Of a DNA stretch of 64,000 nt, positions 12,505 through 23,972 are shown in pieces. Position 1 is the first letter of the stretch. Each line of letters opens with the position of its first letter. Source of the DNA: Moniliella sp. 'wahieum' (lineage: Eukaryota). Below the pieces are notes generated by a model. The model made no database searches. It was given only the letters and a program-made list of their open reading frames with translations, and was not told where the DNA came from. The stretch lies in assembly GCA_003971905.1 (NCBI GenBank), contig RSEE01000002.1:1116001-1180000 (forward strand). Reading direction: 5' to 3'. The translations under genes were made by a program, and so were the position numbers.

Positions 12505-13645
12505 ATGTCCAGCCGCGCACACGTGCCATCGCACCCCCCGCGGCCCACCCCGAGATGGATGATGCCGACGACTCTCCGTCGCCCCCCGCCCCCACCAACC
12601 ACGGTGCCTTAGGATCGGCTTCCCCCCCCTGGTCACCTCCCCCACACCCACCCCCTTCGCCGCCGATGTCCAAGCACAGCAAGCTCTTATCGCGGCCACC
12701 ATCGAGGCTCTTATGCCGCGACTCAACAACTCATTACCCTCCAATCCCGCGCCCGCGCCCGAACCCGCGCCCGCGCCTAGCGTCACACCTGCACTCATGG
12801 ACCCCGTGTCTATGGACATCCGCGCTGCCATCGACCGGGCCTGTCGCAACCGAGGCAACGACGTACTGTCCCGCAAGGCTAACAAATGGGAGACCCGCGC
12901 CTGGCTCAACCGTACCGAGTATGCCATCAACGCAATTCACCCCAGCGCTCATGACATCCTTACCATGGGCCCTGCTGCCCCGGCGTACAACCGTCACCTC
13001 GACCTTGCTCTCTGGTCCATCGTGTCTGGTGGCCTGCCCTCCACCAGCCCTGCACGCGACGTAGTGAGCAGCACAGCTACACTCGCCTCGGCCGCCTACC
13101 ACTGGGCCCTGAGTGAGTCCTTTGCCGACGTGACTCCCGCCGACGGACTAAATGCCCTGCTGGAAGGCTTAGCCATTCTTCGTGAGGAAGAATCTTTCGA
13201 AGTGGCCACCGCTCGTATCGTGGAACTCTCCAAACGTTTCCAGGCCACATTCTCCGACATTCGCGAGCTCTGGCGCCACATCCTCATTCAAGCCGCTCGG
13301 AACGACACTTTTGCAGAACAGTGCGAGGATCTTTCTTGGGAGCAGACGGTGCGCAGGGCGTATGCCACCCAGCTACCTGTGCAGCCCTACTCCGTCCCCG
13401 CGTTCTACAAAACCGCGCCAACCCTCCTCGCTGCGCACCCGAACCTCTCCCCTTCGCAACCGGCCTCGACCTCTGCGCCCTCTCGGACGGGCAACCGTCA
13501 ACCGCATCGTCGCGGCCCCAACCGCGCAAACCAAGTCCGCGTGGCCACCCCGGCGACCGCCCCCAGCCCAGTGTCTGCCTCGGCTGTCCCGGCGCTTTCC
13601 CCTGCTCCTGCGGCCTCCACATCGTTCCCCGAAGACCGTGCGTAG
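12505..13645 (+). CDS. gag: Retrotransposon Gag (5' part frameshifted)
   Basis: Lies just after the PBS. Pro-rich N-terminus, then the 310-aa open frame 12713-13645 ending in TAG. No CCHC zinc knuckle seen. Confidence 0.7.
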
Positions 13646-16600
13646 GATCCGCTACCCGCACCCAAACCGATCTTCCCTTGCCGGTATCGATTCCGGTGCA
13701 GACCCATCTATGTTTCCCACGTCAGCTGTTTTCACTGGATATTCTTCATGCAACGGAAGTGTAAAGGTAGCCGATGGCCGCTTACTCCCGTAGTTGGCTG
13801 CGGAACTGTAGTACTCCGTCTATCCAAGTCAGCACCGTGTAGTGTCGTATTAAAGGGCTGCTTGCACGTCCCGGCCCTAGAGAGCGCTCTGCTCAGCACC
13901 CGCCATCTCCAGCGGAGTGGTGTTGGCGCCGCGTTCCCGCCGGGCATGGACCATGTGGAACTGGATCTGCTTACCGCGCACGCGCAGGTTGGAATGTGCG
14001 CTCGGGCCTGTACGAAGTGCGCATCTTTGGCCACCCCCTGCCGCCGAAGCCGGCTGCTGCGCTCGGCCAGGCACTGGCGGCTCACCGCAACAGCGTGGAA
14101 CGCGTGACGGCGTGGCACAGCCCGCACCATGCATCTCGGCATCGACAAGCTGCCGCGGCACACTGCCTCCCTGCCCAGCGTGTGACGACGGCCGACGTCC
14201 GTGCCGCACGCGAAGCCGGCTGGAACTGCGACGCCTGCGCCCAGGGCAAGGCCCGCTCCGCCTCGCACTCGGCCAGCCCCGGCCACAAGGTGCCCCGCCT
14301 GCTGCATACCCTTGCAGCCGACATCTTCGACAACTTTGGCACCACGACCGAGGGGCACTCGTGCGCTCTCACGGTGCAGGACACGTACTCGCGCTATCTC
14401 TGGGTCTTTCCCCTGGCGTCCAAGGCCAAGGCAGCCGCCGTGCTCAAGGCGCACATCAAGTACCTCGAACGCCACTACAGTCACGGGCCCATTGCCCACC
14501 TGTGGACCGACGGCGGCACCGAATTCCAGCCCCTGGACAAGTGGCTGCACCAGACCGGCATCCGCCACTGCGTCACGCCCCCGCATGACCACCAGAGCAA
14601 CGGCGTCTTGGAACGCGCCCACCAGTCCCTCGCCGGCCTCGTGCGCTCCGCCCTCAAGGCCGCCAACCTCAGCACCGACTGGTGGCCCGAGGCTCTCTGC
14701 CACGCTGCCACCATCCTCAACGTCTCTCTCAACTTCACTCTGCCCGACGCGACCCCCTACGAGCGCCTCGCAGGCAAACCTTTCGACAGCTCCGTCCTCC
14801 ACCCTTTCGGATGCCTGGCCTGGGTGCACAACCCCACTGCCCGCAAGGGCCATGTCAGCCGCGCTCACGAATGCATCCACGTCGGCTACGACGTCACCGA
14901 GAACAGATGGTTGCTCCGCGTTCATCGCGACACCGGCTGGGCCCCGACCACCTCCAAGAGTGTACGCTTCCGCGACGATGCATTCTTAACGGGCGACGAT
15001 GACGGTAGCGACGCTCCCCTGCCCCGCGGCACGCAGCACCCAGTGCCGACCCCGACTATCATCCTGGCCAGGCCCTCACCGCCTCCGCTCCGACCGCGGC
15101 GCCCCCTTCTCCCAGGCTGCTCACCTCCCTCCCCTCGGCCGCGCCCCACGGTGGCGCACTCATCCCTCCTTTCGACCAAGATATCGAAACCCCTCTAGCG
15201 TTCGGCGACGAATCCCTTTTAGGCTACGCTCACGCCGTTGCAAAAGCCAGCTCGTCCACCCCGGACCCTCACCTCTTCACATACAAAGCTGCCATGGACA
15301 GTGTGTGGGCCTCCGATTTCCGCGAGGCCATGGCTGCTGAACGCGCCAACATGCACGACGTGTTGCTCCCCGTCGATCAGCCTGAGGGCGTCAAGCTCAT
15401 TCCCACCAAGTGGGTCCTCACCCGCCGCCCGAAGCCCGACGGCACCGTTCGTGTTAAAGGACGCATCGTGGCGCGTGGCGACGTCCAGCCGGCCGACACC
15501 TATGGCTACACGTTCTCCCCGGTAGCCACGCACGCCGCTTTGCTCTCCCTGATCGCCGGCGCCCTCGCCCACGGCATGTTCCTCGGCAGCACGGACGTCA
15601 AAGCCGCCTACCTCGCCGCACCACTGGACGAAGAAGTCTACTTGCGCCCGCCCGCCGGATGGCACCTGCCCGCGGGCAAATGCCTTCGTGCAGCACGAGC
15701 ACTCTACGGCCTGCATCAATCTGGCCGCGCGTGGTATCTATTCTTCGTTGACCTTCTCACGACCAAATTGGGCTTCCGCCAGCACCTGAGCGAACCATGC
15801 TGTTTCACTCGCATCCAAGCAGGCGCAGAGGTTCGCCTCGGCATTTTTGTGGATGACATTCTCTGTGCATGCACTTCGGCTGCGGTATTTCAAGGCTTTA
15901 TCGGCGAACTGGAGCAAGCCGGCCTCACTTTGAGTTCCTCCGGCCCTCTCTCCACTTTTCTCGGCGCACATTTTGAAGCTCAACTGGATGGCTCCTTCCT
16001 CGTGAACCAACGTACTTTTGTACCATCTTTACTCTCCGCCTTTGCTGTCCCCACCACGCATCGGCACACTGTCCCATCCGCAGCGGCGTCTGCCTTCAGC
16101 CTCGCCCGAGCGACGAGCCGCGTGCTACTCCCTCTGAGCACCACCAATACCGCGCCATTGTCGGCAGCCTGCTTTGGCTGTCGCGTATTTCCCGCCCGGA
16201 CCTTGCCTTCACCACGCATCTTCTCTGCCGCTTCGCCAGTGACCCGTCTTCAGTTCACCGTCAAGCTGCGTGGGATGCACTCGGCTACGTCCAAGCCACA
16301 GCTGACACCGCCCTCTCCCTCTAAGCGCACTCCTCGGACCTGTCTCTCCTTCTGCATTGTGACGCAAGTTACGGGGCACCCGACCAGCGCAACATCACTG
16401 GCTTGTTCTCTTCGTTTGGGGTGTCCCATGCCTCTGGGAAAGTCATCGGCAGACGCTCACCACGTCCTCCACCACCGCTGCCGAGTACGTGGCGCTCGCG
16501 GAAGGCCTACAGCAGGCTCAGTACCTTCGCAACGTACTTGCCGAGTTTGCTTGGGTTGCCAACGCTGAAGTCATCCACATCCGCTCGGACAGTCAGGGCG

Positions 16601-16803
16601 CCTACGGCGATTCCGTCAAGATTGGTTCCACTGGCCGTCTCCGTCATCTTGACTGGCGCTACCACTCTGTCCGTACCGAGATCGAACGCGGTCGTGCTGC
16701 CATTGAACACATCCTTGGCACCGAAAATGCTGCAGACATCTTTACCAAGGCTCTACCTCGTGCCGATCTGACCGAGCCCGCGCCGCTCAAGCTCTCACCC
16801 TGA
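13646..16803 (+). CDS. pol: Retrotransposon Pol: protease, integrase, reverse transcriptase, RNase H (several indels)
   Basis: PR: IDSGADPSMF. IN: WH..H...CDACAQGK, LAADIF, LWTDGGTEF, QSNGVLERAHQ. RT: KWVL, KGRIVARG, DVKAAYL, RALYGLHQSGRAW, IFVDDIL. RH: CDASY, AEYVALAEG, IRSDSQGA, RHLDWRYH, ENAADIFTKAL. Confidence 0.95.
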
Positions 16804-16895
16804 TCTAGGATCCTTTGGATCGGAGGGAGGCGACAAGTCTTCCACGGCGACTTTTGTCGAAGTAGACCCAAAGGCGTCCACAGGATCGGTGGGAG

Positions 16896-17114
16896 TGTCG
16901 GGATCAGACTCACTTGATCACGTTCTCTGTCACCAAGTTGTCTGGCCCCTTTGATTGTTCTAGACCCTGTTTTCCTCCTTTGGATTGTACTCCCTCTTTC
17001 CCTCCATGTGATTTAGCTCGCATGTTCTCTTCTTCTCCGAGGCATATATATACCTCGCCTCCTCTCCACTCGATGAATATGATCCTTTCCTTTCCTCATC
17101 TCCATCTCCCGTTA
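16896..17114 (+). repeat. 3' LTR (TG...TA)
   Basis: Direct copy of 12192-12411. By eye it differs by about 4 substitutions and 4 small indels. Confidence 0.95.
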
Positions 17115-19283
17115 GCATAAGACGTTTGACCCTAACTGCAGCAGGGAATCCTTGTGGAGCTTGGAGATGGAGAGGAGTTCATGATCCATCCAGTTCGTAT
17201 TTTGATCAACGATCAGCGAAGCGACGACTGTATTCCCATAGTGAGAATGTCAGAAGATAATAGGAGTTGGAAAATGCCCTGGTTGTGGTACTGTGGTGCA
17301 TCAGAGAGGAGCTGCACCGGTATATACTACTGGGGGGTACTGGAGCCCCTTAGTTGCCATATTCATCTTCCAGCTTGAATCTTCAACCTTGAGGTGTTTA
17401 TCATGAGTCATCAGGCATCATGCATCAGTAATCATTGCGCCCAGCAGAGAGAACGCATCCAGCAAGTGCGAACTGTGGTAGCAAGAAAGAACTTCTGGGT
17501 GAATGAGGGGGGATATTAGTAGATGGGGTGTGGGTAGGTTAGGCCATTGATATAAAGGTCGTCAGAGGGTACTGTGTTCTGTGTGTTACTATTTGAACCA
17601 CTGTGACATGTGACATGTGACTATAGTGACTAGTAGTGTAGTACTACTTCGTGACTTCTCTGATGTGGCATGCGAGTGGGAAGTGGCTGAGCACCGCCCG
17701 GCGTGTTCAATACCAACTAAATCAACGCTTAAAACGCGTTGAGCACCCTTAACCAGGGCAGCGCCTGATAGAGTATCGAGATGAGGTCTCGATGAATGAA
17801 GCGCATGCGCTCAGCGCTCGAGTTGAGCTCAACGTTGACACGTTGAACGTTGACTACGCGTTTGGACGTTGAAAAAGTTCTCGATGTATACTCGCAACGT
17901 GAATAATCGAATCTGAATCTGAATCTGAGATCTGATGAGATCGATACACAACGTTGACGAATTCAACGTTTTCAGCACGTCGAACGTTGAACGGTTTGGT
18001 ACTGTGCACTACTGAGTTCAGTATATACTGTGAGTTGCTGAGGAGTACAGCGAGTCCTGCGTACGACGAATGAGCTTATACCGCTGGTGAGCGCTGAGCT
18101 TACGTTGACTGGGCCTGTCTGGGTCGGATGAGGGTCTGGGGGCCTGGCGCGTACCATGCAAAGGCATGCCTATGGCATACCGGGAGGAGGGTTGGGGCCC
18201 TGAGGCGGGTGGCAAGGGTGCTGTGGGCCGGCAACCATCTGCTGTGCACCGCCTTGCGTGCTCCTGTACTCCTGTGCACGCCGCGCATCGGTGTACTGAG
18301 GCTCATCATGCATCATGCATCATGCACCACGCCTCCCTTGGTTACCTGATCATCGGTCACAGGTCACAGGTCACCAGCCAGGGGCGCTGAGCCAGGGTGC
18401 GAGGCAGTGGCCCCCCTTCCCCTCGCGAGCGCCGGCGGCACAAAGGCGGCGCGGGCGAATGGCTGCGGCTGGCTGCCCCGCCACCCCGCCACCCCGACCC
18501 CACATGCCACTGGCCCCCGTGCTCCCATCCGCCTGGGGAAAGGGGAGCCTGTGTCACATGTGACACAGATGACGCAGCCAGGATGCGTCACCCGATGCGT
18601 CACCCGTCATGCTCATGCATTCATGCGACCTGCAACAGTGGGCATGGATCGGTGACCGGTGGTCGTCCTTTTGGATGGTCGATGGGAAGCACTGCGTACT
18701 CTGGCCTCGGTTGGCGGCCTCGCGTGAGATCTGGGGTGTGAGTTCCTGCGCACGCGGTGCCGCTTTGCGTGCGTTTGTAGTTCACTCCCCAGGCCAGGCA
18801 GGCCCTCGCGTGCCACCCAAGTCCGTCGCGGGTGTGCGTCCAGCCCCCCCGTAGCCGGAACCCCCCTCTGCCCAACCGGTGACCCGGAGAAAAGACACTG
18901 GTCACGCTAGTCACTCGTCACTCGTCACTAGTGCCGCCGTATCTGCCCCGCACCGACAGGCGCGCCATGCGCACTCCCGCCAGTCTGGGGGGTGACCGGT
19001 GACCGGTGACGGGGAGGACCGGGTACGCAGTCTGAGACGCAAGGGCCGGGTGGCAGGGTGCGCGGGGGCAGCGGGGGCAGGTGAGCGGTGAGCGGTGACC
19101 TGCACCACACCAGCCTCGGCCGAAGCTGCCGAGGCGCTGAGGCGTGATGACGCGTGACGCCGCACCAGGCCGCAGCGCACCGCTGTTGGCTGCGGTGCGA
19201 ACAAGCAGGCGAGCCAGAGAGGGGCCTCTGCCGCCAGCCGCATCCTGCCTCCACCCCCCCCTCGGCTCCCCTCGCCCGCTGGC

Positions 19284-21001
19284 ATGTCCGCCCTGTCGAT
19301 GCCCTCGCCCTCGCCCTCGTTCGCCATGCTCGCCGAGATGCCCGTCCGCTCCGCCTCGTCGCCGCCGCCCTTGCTGCTCCAGCACTCCTCCCACACCTCC
19401 CCCGCCGGCCCCACCACCCCTCTCCTCCCCGAGACCCTGGCGCCTCCCCTCCCCTCTCCCTGCCCAGCAGCTCCGATCCCAGCGCCACGGTCCATGCCAG
19501 CCTCCTTGACCTGCCCCCGACCCATTCCTCAACACCGCTCTGCAGACCCACGCCCTCACCCTCGCCGAGCAGACGCTGGGCTATGTCGAGGACCTCACCC
19601 ACGCCGTCCAGTCGGCCACTGCTGTCGCCCCGCCTGCGTCCGGCATGCCCCCAGAAGAAGCGCTGTCCTTCAAACCGGCCGACCCCAACATGTTGCTCAA
19701 CCAACGGGTCCACACCATCTCTGTCGCTCTCCGCTCCAACAACCGTCAGCTGCAACAGCTCAAGCAGTCCACTCTCCAGATGCTTCCACCTTCGCTGGAG
19801 GAACCAGAGCTGTCACCCAAGCAGGTATGCGAACCGCCTGTGCGCCCAACAGGCCAGGGCCCTGGTGCGCTCGACATGAATTTTATCCCAAGCTTCGACC
19901 CCTCTGACTTGGCTCTCGGGCCTCGCTCCTTCTCCGACTCGAACGCCCTTTCCTTGCCCTGGATGACCGTCCAACCCCGCCCCTCACCCCACAATCTGCC
20001 CCCACAAGAGCCAAGGAGTAACACATCATCCTCCGGCCCACTTCCGCTGTGCCCAGTCTGTCCGTGACGGGCCCCTCACCAAATGCCTCCGTGAGTCCCA
20101 TGGCGCCGAACGCAACGACGGCGGCCATGGCCCCGACGTGGCCCGTTCCTCCCGCACTTTCCCCCACGGCGGGAGATAGCATGTGGTCAGTTCCGCGATC
20201 AACTGGAAGCATGTCCACCGTCCCCGCCTCTGCCCTGGTGGAAGGCTACAATGGGGTGATGTCGCCCTTTGCTTCTGTGCAAGCGGCGCAGCCCGTCTCT
20301 ACGCCGCAAGGGATACCAGCCATGCCACCCTCTTCCTTCCTCTCGCTCCCCCCAGCGCCTGTATTCCGCATCCATTGCCACCCCGGGCGCCACCCCTCAT
20401 CGCGATGCGAACCAGATGGCTGCGCTCGCTGCGTTGGCGCCTCGTTCCTCAGCCCCTGTCACCACCTTAGCTACCGAACCATCCGCTGTCACTCTCGATC
20501 CTCCTGCCCCGGCTTGCTCAACAAGACGGCTTGATGACCTTCATCCCCGAGTCGGACAAGCGATTCCGCAACCGGAAGCTGCTGCTGGACCTCCGCGTGC
20601 ATCTGTACCATTACCTGGGTGTGCGCGAGTTCCGCCAGTTGCGGGAATGCAAGCCGTTGGGGTGGGTGGAGAAGGTGGTGCCGAAAGGGAGCAAAGATCC
20701 GACGCTGGAGCGGCGCCAGGTGTTCAACCTCGACTTTTCCTCGCGCAATTTTTACTCTTCCAACGCCGGCTTGATGGATAAGATGGTGGAGCATGGCTTG
20801 GAGTTGGTCCGACGGCATCCGGAAGCGTATGGCGTGTGCAAAGGCGTGCTCCAGCTGGAACATGTGCAGCACGTGTGCAAAGATCTTCTCGACTCGGCCC
20901 GATCTGGGTTCCGTCTGGCGCGCCGGATTCGCGCTCAACAAGGCGCTACCAAGGGCTCGCGCGCCGTCGTCAGCCCCTTCTCCGACAGCGCCGGTAAATA
21001 G
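19284..21001 (+). CDS. Hypothetical protein: Pro/Ser-rich N-terminus, globular-looking C-terminal domain (frameshifted)
   Basis: Chain of overlapping + ORFs (19284, 19645, 20049, 20531). The last reads as ordered protein (RNRKLLLDLRVHLYHYLGV..VFNLDFSSRNFY..HVCKDLLDSARSGFR). Pyrimidine-rich leader upstream. Confidence 0.6.
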
Positions 21002-21425
21002 TTGGCTGGCTGGCCCCACCTGCTGCTTTGCCTGGCTGTCAAATGACTCGCTATGTTCTACGCGCTGGATCGGATGATCGCCAAGGATCTCTCTCGATTG
21101 CCTAGATTAACGCCACTGGACTCTTCTCCTTCACTTTTGTTCTTTCACCCCCCCCCCCCCCCCCCCTCCCCGCCCTTTCGCGTGAGCCTCGCCTGCTGCT
21201 TTCGTGGGTTCCTGGCTACTGTGTATTCACTCAACTTTGGATCGGCATGCTACTCAGGTGCATAGATAGAAGGCTAGGTGGCATGTCCCCGACCAGCCAA
21301 AGGACGCGAGAAAAAAGAGCTACATTGACTCGGGTGGCAGTGTGGTACATAACAGCCAGGCTCCGGTTCTTCTCCCGCGCCGCGACATCGGCTACGGTAG
21401 TAGCATGCAATCCAGGCTCGCATCT

Positions 21426-23290
21426 CTACTCTTCGAGTAGGAATCCGTCCAGTTGGGCCTTAATCTCCTCCCGTCCACTTTCCGCATCGGTGGACGAGTG
21501 TGCTGCTTGTCGGCGCCGGCGGTGGGGTTGGCTGAACGGGTGGCACAGCCCGTGCCTTGCGACTCACACCCACATGCTCCACACTCACTTGCACACCCTT
21601 GGTCCACGGGCGTGGGAGCAAGGGACAAGATGGTGCCCACATGCGACGGAAGTGGTACCTTGTTGGCAGGGAGGAGGATGGTGCAGCCAAAACACAAATG
21701 GGAGCTCAGTCGATCTTCCCCTTCCTCTTGGGGCGCCGGTGCGGGATGGAGAGAGGTGAGAGCGGTGCGATCGCGCCACGAGCGCCCCTCGGGGCCGCGG
21801 GGAGAAGGCAGAGCGCACAGCACAGTGCCGATGTACCCCACGTGGGCGCCTCGAGCGCTTCGGCGAGAGAAACTTGTGCTGCAGCGAGCCGTGCAAGCTA
21901 GGTTGGTGGGCCAGGTGAAAGTCTTCCTCGGAGGGAAGCGCGATCTTGCCAGTGATGCCGCCCACAGTGGAGGAGTATACTACTGACGCCTCTTTCGAGG
22001 GCCTGGACAAAGCTGCCGGTCAACCTGCCAATCGAGCTGGGCGCTCGTCCTAGGCCCGGCGCAAGGAAAGCGACATCCATCTCCATAGGAAGGAGAGTAG
22101 GAAGGTGGAACTGACGGACAAAGAACGCCGTTTCCTTTGCCGCTGTCTCGGCGAGCGGGCGGAGAAGCAAGACAGGTTCCGACTGAGGCGAGCGGAACCA
22201 GACTTTTTGTGCATGCGACACGGACAGACTGGCGCCCCTGCCTTCGGCCAGACCGAGAGAAAGCTGACTGCTGTCCGGGTGGCCGACGTGCCGTACAACA
22301 GCGCCGCATAGCCCCCCATGCCGGCTATCCGACGCAGCAGTGTATCGACGAGGATCTGATGCAGTCCTTCCGCACGCGACAGCGCTCTTGTCCACCTTGT
22401 AGACCCTAGCACTTGGCCAAACAAGGCGCGGATCGCGCTTAGCCGCGTTTCCGCGACCCCGTCCTGATGGCACGTCGAAGGCGGGCGGAGCGGCATCACT
22501 TCCCCTTCCCACGCTTCGAACAGGGGCGCTACCTCGCCCTGCTGCACCAGCGCCGCCAGCGCCCGGTCGGGCGCAAACACATCTTCGATCCCACCATCAG
22601 CAGACGGTACGGCCGCTCGGCCCGCTCGGCGACCAACGTATTTTGCGCCTCGATGGCCTCATGCAGCACCCTCCTCCGTCCTCCCGTCGCGCTTGGACTT
22701 GGTCCCACCACGCCGCGCAAGAGCGCAGAGCAATCCACGTGCACCACATCCACCGATCCACTTCGCGCGGCGGACCCCCGTCGCTGCACTTTCCTCCTTG
22801 CGCAGAGGCGTAAACAAATTCGTCCTCTCCCCTCCTGCTCCTGCGAGCGGAAGGGAGGCGGCCTCTGCCCTGGTGCGGGCAGGCACAGGCCCAGCCGCCG
22901 TCGGCTGCGTCTCTCCCGCCGACGGGGGCACGGCCAAGGGGTCCACATGAAAAAAATCTGCCGTCAAACGCAGCAGGCTCGCCCCGCCCGCCCGACCCGA
23001 ATGGAAAGGAGCACTGACTTCTTTCCCGTGGCCAGGGCCGCGCCTCGCGCCGCGCCCATACTGCCCACCCACGGACGCGCGGTTTTGCAGATGCGCCCGA
23101 CGCACGGCGCACAAAACCGTTCTTCCGGATACGCAGCACGGACGGCAGGCCCGAGCGGCCACTGCAGCGAGAACACTTGCCCTCGCCATGCCTGCCCGCT
23201 GGGCGGCCGACTGGCGGCGTGCTTGGCGTTGGACACGTCCGCTCGTCGGTGCCACACGTCATCCTCGCCGCGGTGGTTGCCGCACAGCAG
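21426..23290 (-). CDS. NCS2: Cytoplasmic tRNA 2-thiolation protein 2 (Ncs2/Ctu2), frameshifted; start approximate
   Basis: FCAPC CxxC, degenerate PP-loop region (S..G..GGASLLRL), VHVDCS, ALLYGTSATRTAVSFL..GLAEGRGASL, LLRPLAETAAKET, SIGRLTGSFVQALE..SSTVGGITGKI and terminal KAQLDGFLLEE* (TAG 21426-21428) follow the Ctu2 motif order. Confidence 0.78.
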
Positions 23291-23972
23291 GAGGAGCGCC
23301 CAAAAGGCAGTGGCGGGAGCCTCGAGCAGGCACGAAAAAAAAGTTTGAGATGAAACAGTGAAGATTGAAATGAAGAAAATTGGCTGCCAGCCGACCGGGC
23401 AACAAGCCAAACCAAAACAAGTCGACCGCACTGCGATTCTTATCGCACCTGCCTATCGACCACATCCATCCATTCGAGTCATCTCTCCGATCTCAACCTC
23501 ACTTTGGCTCGGCCAGACTAGTGTCATGCATGTCATACCAGGTCATATATCAAACCCTCGGCTGTTTTCCTAGCCCCCAACGATAGAACAGGATTTCTTA
23601 CGGGCAGAGACCGCCACGCCGCGGCCAAAGGTCGCCAACAGAATATGACCAGCGATCCTGTGACAACTTTCTAGTTGTACAAGTAGGCATCACAGCCAAA
23701 CGCTTCCAGTCACTTGCTCTCGGCTATGTAGTAGGCACCGTTCGGCCTCTCCTCAAGCTTCATGCCTCATGCCGCACTGAGGGAGAACAAATATGAGGTG
23801 GCAGTGGCAACACTGTGGAGAATGTACGGCTCATCGCGAGGATGCGAGCTCAGCCTGAGGCGGCAGGTCGTCGTCGACGACGCGTCAAGCTTCAACCTCC
23901 AAGTCTGTAGACTACTGGGAGGCAAAGGGGTGTGGCACAGAATCCATTGAGCCCAGACCGTGCCGCACCACG

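Larger units (their letters stand above)
12192..17114 (+). mobile_element. Full-length Ty1/copia LTR retrotransposon (~4.9 kb)
   Basis: Two ~220-bp direct LTRs and a GCATA target-site duplication (12187-12191, 17115-17119). Domain order is PR-IN-RT-RH. A purine-rich tract (GGTGGGAG) precedes the 3' LTR. Confidence 0.97.

Noticed and set aside
13732..14925. 397-aa minus-strand ORF inside the retrotransposon
   Set aside because: Antisense shadow of the GC3-rich integrase region with no recognisable motifs.
15190..15200. Stop codon between integrase and RT
   Set aside because: Another frame (DIETPLAFGDESLLGYAHAVA..YKAAMDS) runs straight into RT, so the stop follows an upstream indel.
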